A stretch of 55,029 bases of DNA, filler included, from Stramenopiles sp. TOSAG23-2 (GCA_900128395.1; 5 parts of 5 records of this genome joined end to end with filler, not necessarily neighbours in it); one strand, 5' to 3'; counted from the whole stretch's first letter, positions 10,720-21,963 are shown. Notes: generated by a model from the sequence alone, not told the origin. A program made the numbers and translations.

Positions 10720-10936
10720 CATGAAGAGCAATTTTATTTGGAATGCTATATTACGTGTAATGTGAATTTTATTTGGAATGGTATATTATAAGTGTTATGT
10801 GTGTTTATTTTATGTGTGTGCATGTTGTAAACTGGTAAGATGTAAATAGGTCCAATTTTTTTATCATTTAACATTAAATATCATTACATCGCGCATATTT
10901 TTAATCAAATTTCATTAAAACTAACATTTTCAACCT

Positions 10937-11036
10937 NNNNNNNNNNNNNNNNNNNNNNNNNNNNNNNNNNNNNNNNNNNNTTAATTAATTAANNNNNNNN
11001 NNNNNNNNNNNNNNNNNNNNNNNNNNNNNNNNNNNN
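10937..11036. other. Artificial contig linker
   Basis: N44-TTAATTAATTAA-N44, giving stop codons in all six frames. Confidence 0.99.
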
Positions 11037-11272
11037 CGCTGCTAAAACATTATTGATAATACTATCGTTATTTTGTTGTCGTTTCGGATCGTTTGGATCT
11101 ATTTCTTTGAAAATTTTATGTACTGTGCCATATCTACCTTGTCCAATTGGCGGAGATGATGATTTTTTCCATTTAAAACGTATAATCGTCGGGGTATGTT
11201 GTTTTTTTAAGACAGCTTCGGGGGTATTTTCAAAATTGAATTGTTTTGCCGTTGTATTATTTGAATTTCTTC

Positions 11273-11321
<49 letters not shown>

Positions 11322-11375
11322 GGATGAATTTGGTGTACGTTTTTCCTTGTTTATTTTGTTTGCTATGGATGCCAT
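11037..11375 (-). CDS. Protein kinase, N-terminal fragment truncated by the contig end
   Basis: Poly-Asn N-terminus followed by WKK...IGQGRYGTVHK (Gly-rich loop GxGxxG.V), running off the contig at ...NVLAA, just before the expected catalytic Lys. Confidence 0.65.
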
Positions 11376-11733
11376 TGTTATGGAACTGCGTTTATATCAA
11401 ATTACACTATATTGTTGTTTTATATTGAATATTCTATTATTATTTTGTAAAGAACATGTTATTATTATATTTATATGTAGGTATATCTATTGTTTTGTTT
11501 TTTTGAATTATATTGCCACTACAGGTAAGAAATATAACGTTTTTGTATACAATTATTTTTATTATTTTTTTTGTCTTATTTCCTCTTTTATCGCACTGAT
11601 ATATGGAATAGTTTATATATCGTGTCTATAGAAGATATTTACATATATAATTGAAATAATAGTAGTAGTATTTTATATTTCTGGATGTATTTGTTGTTTC
11701 AGCTATTCATAATAACCATAAGCTGCTTGCTGA

Positions 11734-11767
<34 letters not shown>

Positions 11768-12286
11768 GTTTTTATTATACATACATACACAGGTTGTTTT
11801 TAGGGTTATAATAATAGTAGTATTTTGTATTTAAGGCAAAGTGCTTTTTTGAATTTCGTTACTGTGTCTGTATAAGAATTAAATAACGCCATAATCTATT
11901 ATCCGGATCCCTTATTATTTTTATTCGTAGGTTCTAACAACAAAACATCAAAAGTATGGTTGTTTTTGTTGTTGTTGTTTTTGTTGCAATGCATATATAT
12001 AATATATATTTTAAAATTTACTAAAATATATTTTTGAACATATATATATATTATAGCGACTTGTAACTCACTTCTATTGAACTGTCACATACAGAGTAGA
12101 TACGCATCATCATCACATTAATAACATAGACCACAACTGCACATCTGTGATGGAAAATTCCAGAGTTCAACGAAATGTTGCTTTCTGGGATCACTAAATT
12201 ATAGCAGGTTTATACTGTTTTGTACATAAACTTGAGACAACACAACCGGTGATGCTCGGATTTTTCGGTCCTAAATGATCATCCTT

Positions 12287-15200
12287 TTACAACCATAAAT
12301 CACTTGGTGTAGCAGTAGTACTACCGAATGTATAACTTTTCACACTATGTTGTCGCATATGCCTTATCCGTTCATCACATGTTTCATAGATACCATCACA
12401 AACATTTGTATAAATATCTTGTATTTTTTCTACTTGTTTATATCTACTAAGCCATACAAATCGTTTTAACCAATTACGTCGAACATCTGATGATTGTACA
12501 GCAATAATAAATTCAAAATCTTTTTTTTTTCCCTGAATTGTTGTTTTTGATGATTTTTCTGGTTCATTTGTAGTAATATTAACATCGTCATTGTCGTCCT
12601 CGTCATCATCATCATCATCATCATTGATTGAACTACTATTGCGAAAAAATAAATCAAATGGTGATGATTTCCTTTTCAATGGACTTTTACGCGTACCTGA
12701 AATTTGAAATGTAAATTCGTTTTCTTTTACAATTTTCGGTATTGCTAATTCAACATGATATTGTTTTAAATTGATTTTATGTTCAATTGAATTTAATAAT
12801 AAATCATAACGCATCTGTTTTAATTTGTCTAAATCATGTTTATCTGTTAAATTTGTTATTTCATCTTCATGCTTTTTTAAATTAGTTTTATCATCAAATG
12901 ATGATGATAAATCTACCAAGATGATATTTGTAAATATACCTTTTTGTTTAATACTAATATTATTGCCATTTGGTATCAAACCATAATTATTATTATCATT
13001 ATTATTATCAGTATTGCTATGAGTATTACGGGTACTATAATTTATAAAAGTTTGTTGTTGTTGTTGGCGTTCTACAATTTTTATAGCACATGTTAATAAA
13101 TCAACTTTTGTTATATAATTTGATAGATACAATGTTGGACTACCTTGTTTATATATAATCCACATATGATATGGTTTCCATGTTTTTGATGATGCTAATA
13201 GAAAATTATTTGTATTGTTATTATTATATAATGATACGACACTTCCGTATCCTTGTTTTGATAATGTTCTAAATGCTAATGCACGTTTATGCATTTTATG
13301 ATATGCTGCATTGGCAAATATACTATGTTGTAATCTACATTCAATAGTTGAAATAAAGACTTCAAACATTTGTCCACTAACAAATTTTTTAAAAAATGGT
13401 GTAGATTGATCATTTCGACTTTCCCCATGTAAGAAACCATTTGCATCAAATTTTGTTTGGTATTGCTTTTCGACAATTTGGATTTGCTTATTTAATGTAT
13501 CATCACTGTTATCATTTACTACCCTACTATTAGTAGTTCTAGAATTATTATTATTATTATCATTCTGGATATACATCGCATATGATTTGAAACAAGATAA
13601 CATAAATTTCATAAAGATTTTCTGTATATTTACTTGATCAAATTGTTTCATACTATTATTGTTGTTATTATTATTATTGCTTTCATCATCATTAATACCC
13701 ATTCTATCATTGTCCTTCACTTCAAACGCAAGTTGATATATATTTGATTCCTCATCGCTTGAATCAAAACCACCATTGCTACATATGATACCTTGTGCAC
13801 GACCTACTGATTCATTTCGTCTTCGACCGTCATAAACTTTTTTATTAGCATTAATATTACCACGCTTAAATCCAGACAATGATGATGTTAATAAACGAAT
13901 GGTTGTATTTTTTTCACTCAATTCAGATGCGATCATTTTAACTGGTTTTAATACTGCATTTACTTTGTCTATCAATAAACAATCAGGCTCATCCTTATTC
14001 TTATTATCTTTGTTTTCTTCTTCTCCATTATTGCTGTTATTACCGTTCTTATCAACATTTAAACAAAGCATTGTAAATACCTTCTTTGCTAAATCTTTTG
14101 TAACTTGCGTGATATTTTCTGGTATCGGTATTGGTTGCATTTCCTCACATTTAAAATATGGATAAGAACCATAACGTAATAGTCCAACAAATAATGTAAG
14201 ACATAGACGAAACGGTAACTGAGGTGAATCTTCGCATTCATTTCTACCACCCCATACTGTATTTGTATCTAAATCAACTTGTACAATACTATCTGATAAT
14301 CGACTACATCTAGTCAATACTGTCTTTTCCACACCAAATAAAAAAGAATTGAAATTATTATTAAAAAAATCACCTTCCTCCACTTGAGCAATATCGATTG
14401 GCAATATTGGTATATACGAAGTGACATATTTAAATGGATAAATTAATGCAAGAAATGTTTCACAAATTGGAAATAATAAATGCAATTCTGTTGAAAAAAT
14501 AAGAATTTGTTCATTATTCAATATTGCACGAAATACACGTATAATATTTCCTGGTTCTAATTTTTGAAAAACATATGACATGTCAATATCCACTGGATTT
14601 GGTATTTTTTGTCTTTGATTATTATAATTCTTCTTAATGGAATTATTATATAAATATTTGGTATATTTATTTTTTATTTTTGTATTCTTCTTCTTGTTGT
14701 TTGTTGTATCGTGTTTATCGTTTGTATCATTATTATGGCCATTATTATGGCCATTATTATTATTATTATTATCACCATCATCATTATCACTTCCATTACT
14801 ATTGTTGTTATTGCCATCATCATCATTATTGTCATTGTTGTTTGTTGATGTAGATGATTTACTTTTTGTCGTCTTCAATGGAAATGATTTTTCATGTAAG
14901 AATGGTAAATCATGTTCACATTTGTTTTGAAATCTTGCTAAATTATTTGTACTTAATGCTTCTGTTGTTACTTTAACTACCCAATCATATATAATTTTCT
15001 CACATATTTGCATAGTGAACATTGTTTGATCACTTGAATTATTTTTATAATAACATGCAATATTTGTATCTAATTCATGTTCATAACCATAAATTTTTGA
15101 ATATAAATAATTTAAATTATGTGAATGGTATTTATTAGCAGTAGTTAAACAAAAAGCAAGTGGTTGCCATAATGTTCCTCCTTGTTTTGCCATCCTATCA

Positions 15201-15727
15201 CCGTTTTTTTCCGCTTCATTTAATGCCGATAATAATGTACTAGGTAATGCAAAAAGGCACCATTTAATAACGACATGGCCATAATATTGTTCAGCGTTTG
15301 GTCCAGTTAAACTAAATGTATGCATTTTGATCGATGGTGCTGTATGTTCATTTTGATGCATATTTAATTTAATACCACTTGGAAAACAAAATGCACCTAA
15401 TACTTTTTTATTGATGTATTGATTAAATTTTCCATCAGAATACAGTTCTTTGAAATGACCACCATTCTCAATGTCTTGCCCGCGCAATCTAGTTTTTAAA
15501 TATGATGCTCTACCTATTATTTTACGATTCATTTGTGTTTGCTGATTGGATATATTGAAATTAATACTATCTTTCGCTAAATTATTAATAGCATTTTCAT
15601 CTAATGTAAATATCGATATACCATAATCATCTGTTATATTGTTATTATTATTGTTGTTGTTCTTATTGTTTGTACTTGTCGTTGTAGTTGTTTCTACTTG
15701 ATTCTTTTCTTGTATTAACGATGCCAT
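12287..15727 (-). CDS. DENN-domain Rab GEF with a probable split C-terminal PH-like domain
   Basis: uDENN: FCFPSG, FSLTG...YYG. cDENN: AILNNEQILIFS..LHLLFPICETFLALIYPFKYVTSYIPILP, VQVDLDTN. dDENN: FMKFMLSCF, FDANGFL, FFKKFVSGQMFEVFI. C-terminal FIIAVQSSDVRRNWLKRF resembles a PH terminal helix. Confidence 0.9.
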   Translation of the reverse strand: MASLIQEKNQVETTTTTSTNNKNNNNNNNNITDDYGISIFTLDENAINNLAKDSINFNISNQQTQMNRKIIGRASYLKTRLRGQDIENGGHFKELYSDGKFNQYINKKVLGAFCFPSGIKLNMHQNEHTAPSIKMHTFSLTGPNAEQYYGHVVIKWCLFALPSTLLSALNEAEKNGDRMAKQGGTLWQPLAFCLTTANKYHSHNLNYLYSKIYGYEHELDTNIACYYKNNSSDQTMFTMQICEKIIYDWVVKVTTEALSTNNLARFQNKCEHDLPFLHEKSFPLKTTKSKSSTSTNNNDNNDDDGNNNNSNGSDNDDGDNNNNNNGHNNGHNNDTNDKHDTTNNKKKNTKIKNKYTKYLYNNSIKKNYNNQRQKIPNPVDIDMSYVFQKLEPGNIIRVFRAILNNEQILIFSTELHLLFPICETFLALIYPFKYVTSYIPILPIDIAQVEEGDFFNNNFNSFLFGVEKTVLTRCSRLSDSIVQVDLDTNTVWGGRNECEDSPQLPFRLCLTLFVGLLRYGSYPYFKCEEMQPIPIPENITQVTKDLAKKVFTMLCLNVDKNGNNSNNGEEENKDNKNKDEPDCLLIDKVNAVLKPVKMIASELSEKNTTIRLLTSSLSGFKRGNINANKKVYDGRRRNESVGRAQGIICSNGGFDSSDEESNIYQLAFEVKDNDRMGINDDESNNNNNNNNSMKQFDQVNIQKIFMKFMLSCFKSYAMYIQNDNNNNNSRTTNSRVVNDNSDDTLNKQIQIVEKQYQTKFDANGFLHGESRNDQSTPFFKKFVSGQMFEVFISTIECRLQHSIFANAAYHKMHKRALAFRTLSKQGYGSVVSLYNNNNTNNFLLASSKTWKPYHMWIIYKQGSPTLYLSNYITKVDLLTCAIKIVERQQQQQTFINYSTRNTHSNTDNNNDNNNYGLIPNGNNISIKQKGIFTNIILVDLSSSFDDKTNLKKHEDEITNLTDKHDLDKLKQMRYDLLLNSIEHKINLKQYHVELAIPKIVKENEFTFQISGTRKSPLKRKSSPFDLFFRNSSSINDDDDDDDEDDNDDVNITTNEPEKSSKTTIQGKKKDFEFIIAVQSSDVRRNWLKRFVWLSRYKQVEKIQDIYTNVCDGIYETCDERIRHMRQHSVKSYTFGSTTATPSDLWL

Positions 15728-15766
15728 GATTATTATAAAATATGTTGTTCTTATTTATTTTCTATG

Positions 15767-15800
<34 letters not shown>

Positions 15801-16039
15801 CTGCTTTGTTAATTGCTTCATCATACATCAATCTATCAATCATATTATTTATCACACATATAATACGTATTAATTAATAATATTGAAGAAGGTCTTCAAT
15901 GTAATTTAAACTACTACTATAGAATACATACTAATATAGAGAGAGGTAGATTGTTCAATATCCAATCATCGTTGTTCATCAAGGATCATCAATCACTTAA
16001 TTATACATGTATATATATATATGTTAAACAAAGAAAACG

Positions 16040-17482
16040 ATGTTGTTACAAAATGGATCAATATTTTTTACAATATTAATAATCACCATTACATATAATA
16101 TTATTATTATTAATAATAATCATATAATATATGCAAAAAATGAAGATTCATCATCATCATCAAATCATCAATATAAAACAACACAGAAACATGATAAATT
16201 ATATCGTGGCTTGTACCTTGGTTGGCTTGGAAAATATAATGAAGGTGATGAAGCAATGTACCACGTTGCGAGTGAATTGTTTGCAAATGTTGGTATCAAT
16301 ATGGGAATTTCTGTGACTCTTTTTCCTTTTAAACCACCGTTAACTTGTCATTTATTTCATTTAACATTAACATCATATGATTTTATTATACATGGTGGTG
16401 GTTCTATATTAGGATCACCTGAATATCAATGTATTTTAAAACAAAGTACTGAATTAGGAATTCCAACAATAGTGTTTGGCACGGGATGGGAAGCTAGTGA
16501 TTCCACTGGTGGTAAACGTCTCCTTCAATATTTTCAACAACAAAATGTTGGTTTTAATATAGAAATGAATGAAGATGTTGCAAATCGTCATATTATTGCT
16601 ATAAAATCATATCAATATGGTGGATTTCGTGGTATATATACAAAAACAATTGCTGATTTATTATATCCAAATCATGGTTTTGATATTATAGGTGATTCTG
16701 GTATTTTATCAAAACGTTTAATTAATTCATATAGTAGTACTTTAAACAATGAAATTAATATACAAGAAGAACACGAAGAAGAACAACAAAGAAGAAGAAG
16801 AAGAAATACGAAATGGAATATTACTCCATTAACAAATGATTTACCAATAATTGCAATTAATTATGGTCAAAACCATCCAGATGATCCTGCTATCTTTCAT
16901 AGTTCGACAGAGACATTGTTTACATCATTTGTTGATCTTGGTGCATCCTTAGTCAAATATGGATACAATGTTATATATTATTCGATGTCAGCAGATGATT
17001 TACAATTTGTTGGTAATTTATATACAAAAACGTTTGATGTATTAAATGCAATTAATATGCAAGACGATGTTGATTTAGATTTTAATATTAAAGATCGTGT
17101 TCATGTATTAAACTATGTACCAGATACAATAAATATATTGGAATTATTATCTGATTCATATTTTAGTATTAATTATAAATTACATGGTAATGTCTTAAGT
17201 GCTTCCGTTGGTACACCATTTATATGTGTAGCATATCATTTAAAAAGTATGGAATTTGCACGTTTTATTGATATAAGCATTGAAACGAAATATAGTATAC
17301 GTAGTGATTTCATTGACTCTGCTAATAGTTTTGAAGCTGCATTGGAAGCATTACATACTGATGGAGAAATGCAACGATATACACAATTATTAAATGAAAA
17401 AATAAGTGTGACTAATTTAAAATATAATGAAATGATAATGAATGCATTGAAAGATGTAGTGTTGAGGAGGTTGGATAAATAA
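16040..17482 (+). CDS. Polysaccharide pyruvyl transferase family protein (CsaB/WcaK-like) with N-terminal signal/anchor
   Basis: GWLGKYNEGDEAM, IIHGGGSILG, GFRG..T, GDSGIL, KLHGNVLSASVGTPFICVAYHLK follow the PS_pyruv_trans motif order (GN.GD, GGG, R, DP, RLH....GVP...Y..K). Confidence 0.8.
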   Translation: MLLQNGSIFFTILIITITYNIIIINNNHIIYAKNEDSSSSSNHQYKTTQKHDKLYRGLYLGWLGKYNEGDEAMYHVASELFANVGINMGISVTLFPFKPPLTCHLFHLTLTSYDFIIHGGGSILGSPEYQCILKQSTELGIPTIVFGTGWEASDSTGGKRLLQYFQQQNVGFNIEMNEDVANRHIIAIKSYQYGGFRGIYTKTIADLLYPNHGFDIIGDSGILSKRLINSYSSTLNNEINIQEEHEEEQQRRRRRNTKWNITPLTNDLPIIAINYGQNHPDDPAIFHSSTETLFTSFVDLGASLVKYGYNVIYYSMSADDLQFVGNLYTKTFDVLNAINMQDDVDLDFNIKDRVHVLNYVPDTINILELLSDSYFSINYKLHGNVLSASVGTPFICVAYHLKSMEFARFIDISIETKYSIRSDFIDSANSFEAALEALHTDGEMQRYTQLLNEKISVTNLKYNEMIMNALKDVVLRRLDK

Positions 17483-17934
17483 ATATGATATGTGTGTGTG
17501 TGTGGTTGAAAAGTGGAATAAAGGTGATGAAACCACAGGATGTTATACTATATATGGTATTGTGACGAGAGAGCAAGAAGAACAAAGAGAACGAGGAACG
17601 GAGGGAGATGTATTTTTTATGAGTGTGTGTTGTGCTGTACGAATATTTGTTTTTGTTTGCACCAGAGTAAATATATATTTTTATATCATATGTACGTATT
17701 AATTAATTACGAACTGGTATAAATTCTTACAATAATTTATTTTAAACGAGACGCAAATACGTCGTATGATATATATATATTCTTTTTTTTACGTCGTAAT
17801 TTTTTTATTTTTTTAAAATTCGTAATGTTGAGATGATATATAAAATACTCGTAATTTTTTATACGAATCGGTGGTAAAAAAATAAATTCAAAACTTTATT
17901 TTGGTTCACACACGCACACGTTCTCTCTCATCTA

Positions 17935-20900
17935 TCATACCAATTCCAACCCATCAAATCCATCCATGTCTGGACCACTACTACCATCATCTTCGCCATA
18001 TAAATGCGCTTTCATAAATGCATCATCCTCTTCCCCATCCTCTTCCTCCTCCACCATACGTACTAAATCATCATCATCATCATCATAAATACCTTCATCA
18101 TCAAACGTAGCAAGTGTTTGATATCCACGTTTTGTTAAACGATCAAATAATCGTTTAAAACAACCATCATCATTGATATTTCGACTATTATTACCATTAC
18201 TATTCACTAACAATTGGTCAATATCTGGTTTTACATAATATTTCAAATGTAAACTGGAACATACAACTGATACGGAGGAAAATGCCATTGCTAAACCAGC
18301 AAATTGTGGTGGCAATCCAATATGAAAAAATGGATAAAATACACCTGCTGCTAATGGTATACCAAGCATATTGTATCCTAATGCCCAAATAAAATTCAAT
18401 AAAATACGTTTGAAAACATGGCGTGATAAATGTATTGCGACAACAACGCCTTCTAAACTGCCTTTTACCAACACGACATCAGCAGCTTCAATAGCTATTT
18501 CTGAACCTTGTCCAACAGCAATCCCAATATCTGATTGTGCCAATGCAGGTGAATCATTTATACCATCACCAACCATTGCAACTATTTTACCTTCCCCTTC
18601 TTGCAATCTTTTCACTGCATTGCTTTTATTTTCTGGTAATACTTCAGCTTGGACATTTTCTAATGGAATACCAATTTTTTCCGCAACGATACTGGCAGTA
18701 CGTTTATTATCTCCAGTAATCATATGTACATCGATTCCCATTCGCCATAAAGCATTAATTGATTTCTCTGCATCTTCTTTTAACGTATCTAACAATCCAA
18801 TTACGCCTACTAAATTACCATTAACTGCAATAATTATAGCAGTACATCCTAAATTCTCACATCGTTTCATTTCATGTTCAAACTCTTCATTAATATCAAT
18901 ACCTAATGTATTCATCCATGCTCTGTTGCCTATGCATACTGTGCAACTATGTTTACCATCTGGCACGGTAACAGTTGCTTTTAAACCTAAACCTGGTTCT
19001 ATATCAATTGAAGATGGCTCGTTAATATTTATTTGTCTATCATCACGTTTTTGTTTCTCATTAGACAATTTAGTTTTCACATATTTTACTATTGCAGTTG
19101 CAAGTGGATGTTCGCTGCCTAATTCAGCAGATGCAATTAATGCTAAAAATACATTCGTTTCCTCCGTTTTATCTCTATCATGGCTACATTTAGGCAAATT
19201 AAATGGGAATAAACATGAAACTTCCACAACATTTAATTTACCTTTGGTAATTGTTCCAGTCTTATCAAAAACAACAGTAGTTATTTTATGTGCCATTTCC
19301 AATGCATGTCCTCCTTTAATTAATATACCATTCGCAGCACCGACACCGGAACCAACCATCACGGCGGTTGGTGTAGCAAGTCCTAATGCACATGGACATG
19401 CTATGACTAAAACAGCAATTGCAAATAAAAATGAAAATACAAAATTATTTGAATTTGACATTCCCGTTTGTTGCAATACCCATGATTGTGGTGCGATACC
19501 CGTGCTTAAAGCAATAAACCATCCAAAAAAAGTTAAAATAGATAATGATAAAACGACTGGTGCAAAAATTCCTGATATTTTATCAGCAATTTTTTCAATT
19601 GGTGCCTTACTAGTTTGGGCTTCTTCCACTACACGTACAATTTGTGCTAATGCAGTATCTTTCCCAACTCTAGTTATACGTACGTATATTGTACCTGCAT
19701 GATTAATAGTACTACCATATACATTCATTCCAATATCTTTTCTTACTGACATTGCTTCGCCACTCATCATCGATTCATCTACGGTTGATTTACCTTTCAC
19801 TACAATACCATCTGCTGGTATTGTTGAACCAGGTAAAACTTTTGCAATATCTTTACATTGTAACAATGTTATGTCAATCATTTTTTCTTGGCCACCTTTG
19901 ATGGTAACATTATTATTGGAAGAAGCAGCAATAATACCAATATTGCTACCATCACTAATCAATTTATTATTGGTATTACTCGATATCGTAATGGCATCAT
20001 CATCATCATCATCACCACCACCACCATTGTTATTACCATCAACAATGGTACAACCTTCAATAATTAATGCCGTTTTTGGTTGTAATTTTAATAATTTTGC
20101 CAATGCATCCGATGTTTTTCCTTTTGCATATGATTCCATCAATTTTCCCATGACAACAAATGTCAATAATAACGCAGATGATTCAAAGAAATGCTGTCCA
20201 TGAAATTCTTTATACATACATGCTAATAACACAGACATGACGGAGTAAAAATAAGAAGCAGTTGTACCTAATGATACTAAAAAATCCATTCCAAGATTAC
20301 AATGTTTTAATCCTTTCAGTGCAGCACGATGAAAGCGATAACCAATCCAAAATTGTACTGGTGTTGATAAAATGAATAATAATAGCGTTTTATATGTTAC
20401 ACGTGGAATAATATGCTCTTCCATTGCATTTTTCAATCCAACGGAAATCATTGGTATAATCATATTAATGATCATAATTGGCACGGCAAATATTAAACTA
20501 GATAAAAATAAACATTTCCAATCATTTAAATCTTGATCATTGTTTTCCTTTAATTTATTATAATCTAATGAATTACTAGTAGATAATGTAATACCAAATC
20601 CAATATTTGTTACTGTTTTCATAATATCACGTACACCTGGACCATATCCTTTTTTTACTTTAATTTTCATACGCTTTGTCATTAAATTAACAGATGCTTT
20701 GACCACACCATTCATTTTATTTAATTCTTTTTCAATTTTATTGGAACATGATGCACATGACATTCCTGTAATTTCAAAATCAAATGAGGTGCTACTACTC
20801 TTGTTATTATTACTATTACCATCGTTGTCGCCATCGTCATCATCACTCGATTCTATATATAAAAATGTACATTCAAATCCAAGATTGTTTACAATATTTA

Positions 20901-21663
20901 CAATATCATCCGTGGTAATAATTGTTGGATGATAAATGATTTCCATTTTTCCAGCTAACAAGGCAACATTTACTTGTTGGATACCATTTGTTTTTTGCAA
21001 TTCGCGAGTTATATTTGATGAACATGAAGAACATGACATGCCACGTACATCAAAATAACTATGTGGTAATTTTTTTGTATTATTAGTATTTTTGTTGTTG
21101 TTATTATTGTTTGTATTATTAGTAGGTTCTCGTACATCTTCTGGTGCAGTAATTTCAATTGTTTTATTTCTTTTATTGTTGTTGTTGTTGTCATAGTTTT
21201 GTTTTGTGTTTGTATTACTTATATATGCATCAAATCCTACACAATCAATTGCATCAATTAATTCTTTTACACTTGCTGTGCCTTTTATTATGGCATTTGA
21301 ATTTTTAAATGATACTTTTGCTGATACAACACCAGGTACTTTTGATAATGCATTTTCAACTGTTGTACCACATGATTTTTGACACATCATACCTTCAACT
21401 GTTAGTATTATTTCTTTTATTTCGTTGTTGTCGTCATCATTTTGTGAATCTGTTTTACTTATATATGCATCAAATCCTACACAATCAATTGCATCAATTA
21501 ATTCTTTTACACTTGCTGTGCCTTTTATTATGGCATTTGAATTTTTAAATGATACTTTTGCTGATACAACACCAGGTACTTTTGATAATGCATTTTCAAC
21601 TGTTGTACCACATGATTTTTGACACATCATACCTTCAACTGTTAATGTTATAATGGATGTCAT
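17935..21663 (-). CDS. Copper-transporting P1B-type ATPase (ATP7/HMA5/CCC2-like) with four HMA domains
   Basis: HMA motifs GMMCQKSC x2, GMSCSSC, GMSCASC. CPCALGLATP, DKTGT, SEHP, GDGIND, YN and MAFSS (Cu+ type). Likely start is MTSII at 21663. Confidence 0.97.
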   Translation of the reverse strand: MTSIITLTVEGMMCQKSCGTTVENALSKVPGVVSAKVSFKNSNAIIKGTASVKELIDAIDCVGFDAYISKTDSQNDDDNNEIKEIILTVEGMMCQKSCGTTVENALSKVPGVVSAKVSFKNSNAIIKGTASVKELIDAIDCVGFDAYISNTNTKQNYDNNNNNKRNKTIEITAPEDVREPTNNTNNNNNNKNTNNTKKLPHSYFDVRGMSCSSCSSNITRELQKTNGIQQVNVALLAGKMEIIYHPTIITTDDIVNIVNNLGFECTFLYIESSDDDDGDNDGNSNNNKSSSTSFDFEITGMSCASCSNKIEKELNKMNGVVKASVNLMTKRMKIKVKKGYGPGVRDIMKTVTNIGFGITLSTSNSLDYNKLKENNDQDLNDWKCLFLSSLIFAVPIMIINMIIPMISVGLKNAMEEHIIPRVTYKTLLLFILSTPVQFWIGYRFHRAALKGLKHCNLGMDFLVSLGTTASYFYSVMSVLLACMYKEFHGQHFFESSALLLTFVVMGKLMESYAKGKTSDALAKLLKLQPKTALIIEGCTIVDGNNNGGGGDDDDDDAITISSNTNNKLISDGSNIGIIAASSNNNVTIKGGQEKMIDITLLQCKDIAKVLPGSTIPADGIVVKGKSTVDESMMSGEAMSVRKDIGMNVYGSTINHAGTIYVRITRVGKDTALAQIVRVVEEAQTSKAPIEKIADKISGIFAPVVLSLSILTFFGWFIALSTGIAPQSWVLQQTGMSNSNNFVFSFLFAIAVLVIACPCALGLATPTAVMVGSGVGAANGILIKGGHALEMAHKITTVVFDKTGTITKGKLNVVEVSCLFPFNLPKCSHDRDKTEETNVFLALIASAELGSEHPLATAIVKYVKTKLSNEKQKRDDRQININEPSSIDIEPGLGLKATVTVPDGKHSCTVCIGNRAWMNTLGIDINEEFEHEMKRCENLGCTAIIIAVNGNLVGVIGLLDTLKEDAEKSINALWRMGIDVHMITGDNKRTASIVAEKIGIPLENVQAEVLPENKSNAVKRLQEGEGKIVAMVGDGINDSPALAQSDIGIAVGQGSEIAIEAADVVLVKGSLEGVVVAIHLSRHVFKRILLNFIWALGYNMLGIPLAAGVFYPFFHIGLPPQFAGLAMAFSSVSVVCSSLHLKYYVKPDIDQLLVNSNGNNSRNINDDGCFKRLFDRLTKRGYQTLATFDDEGIYDDDDDDLVRMVEEEEDGEEDDAFMKAHLYGEDDGSSGPDMDGFDGLELV
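21215..21644. repeat. 190-bp identical direct repeat (21215-21404, 21455-21644) encoding the duplicated HMA domain
   Basis: Identical nucleotide copies 240 bp apart, in frame. Confidence 0.95.
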
Positions 21664-21963
21664 GGTGATTGTTATTTGGAGTAAAATAAGCAGATTGTGT
21701 GTGGGTTTATAATACCAATATTTTTTCTTTTGCAAAATCCCCAAACTATAAATTACGAATGTATTAACTTGCTGAATTTTGCGCTAAAAAAAATTATAAC
21801 ATTCAAGTTAAAAAAGGAAAAGGGGAATGTTATCAATTGCACAGCCACGGGACAATCAGCTCTTTTTTTGAAACCAAATCAAGACAAAGCCTTCTTATTT
21901 ATACCAATCGATCCGAAACGACAACAAAATAACGATAGTATTATCAATAATGTTTTAGCAGCG

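Noticed and set aside
11053-11631. Poly-Leu / poly-Tyr ORFs suggesting membrane proteins
   Set aside because: Alternate-frame readings of the (AAT)n poly-Asn tract and AT-rich upstream DNA.
12088-12108. U6 snRNA-like ACAGAG box (TACAGAGTAGATACGCAT)
   Set aside because: The similarity stops after about 15 nt. The AGC triad, internal stem-loop and U-tail of U6 are absent.
18371-19702. 443-aa + strand ORF
   Set aside because: Antisense shadow of the Cu-ATPase. The same applies to 1798..2688, 6760..7224, 25809..26384 and other short ORFs overlapping real genes.
11037-21963. Linear plasmid, Polinton or nanochromosome with terminal inverted repeats
   Set aside because: The repeat is exactly 55 bp of kinase coding sequence and the cargo is ordinary host genes with no polymerase, integrase or telomere repeats, so an assembly artefact explains it better.
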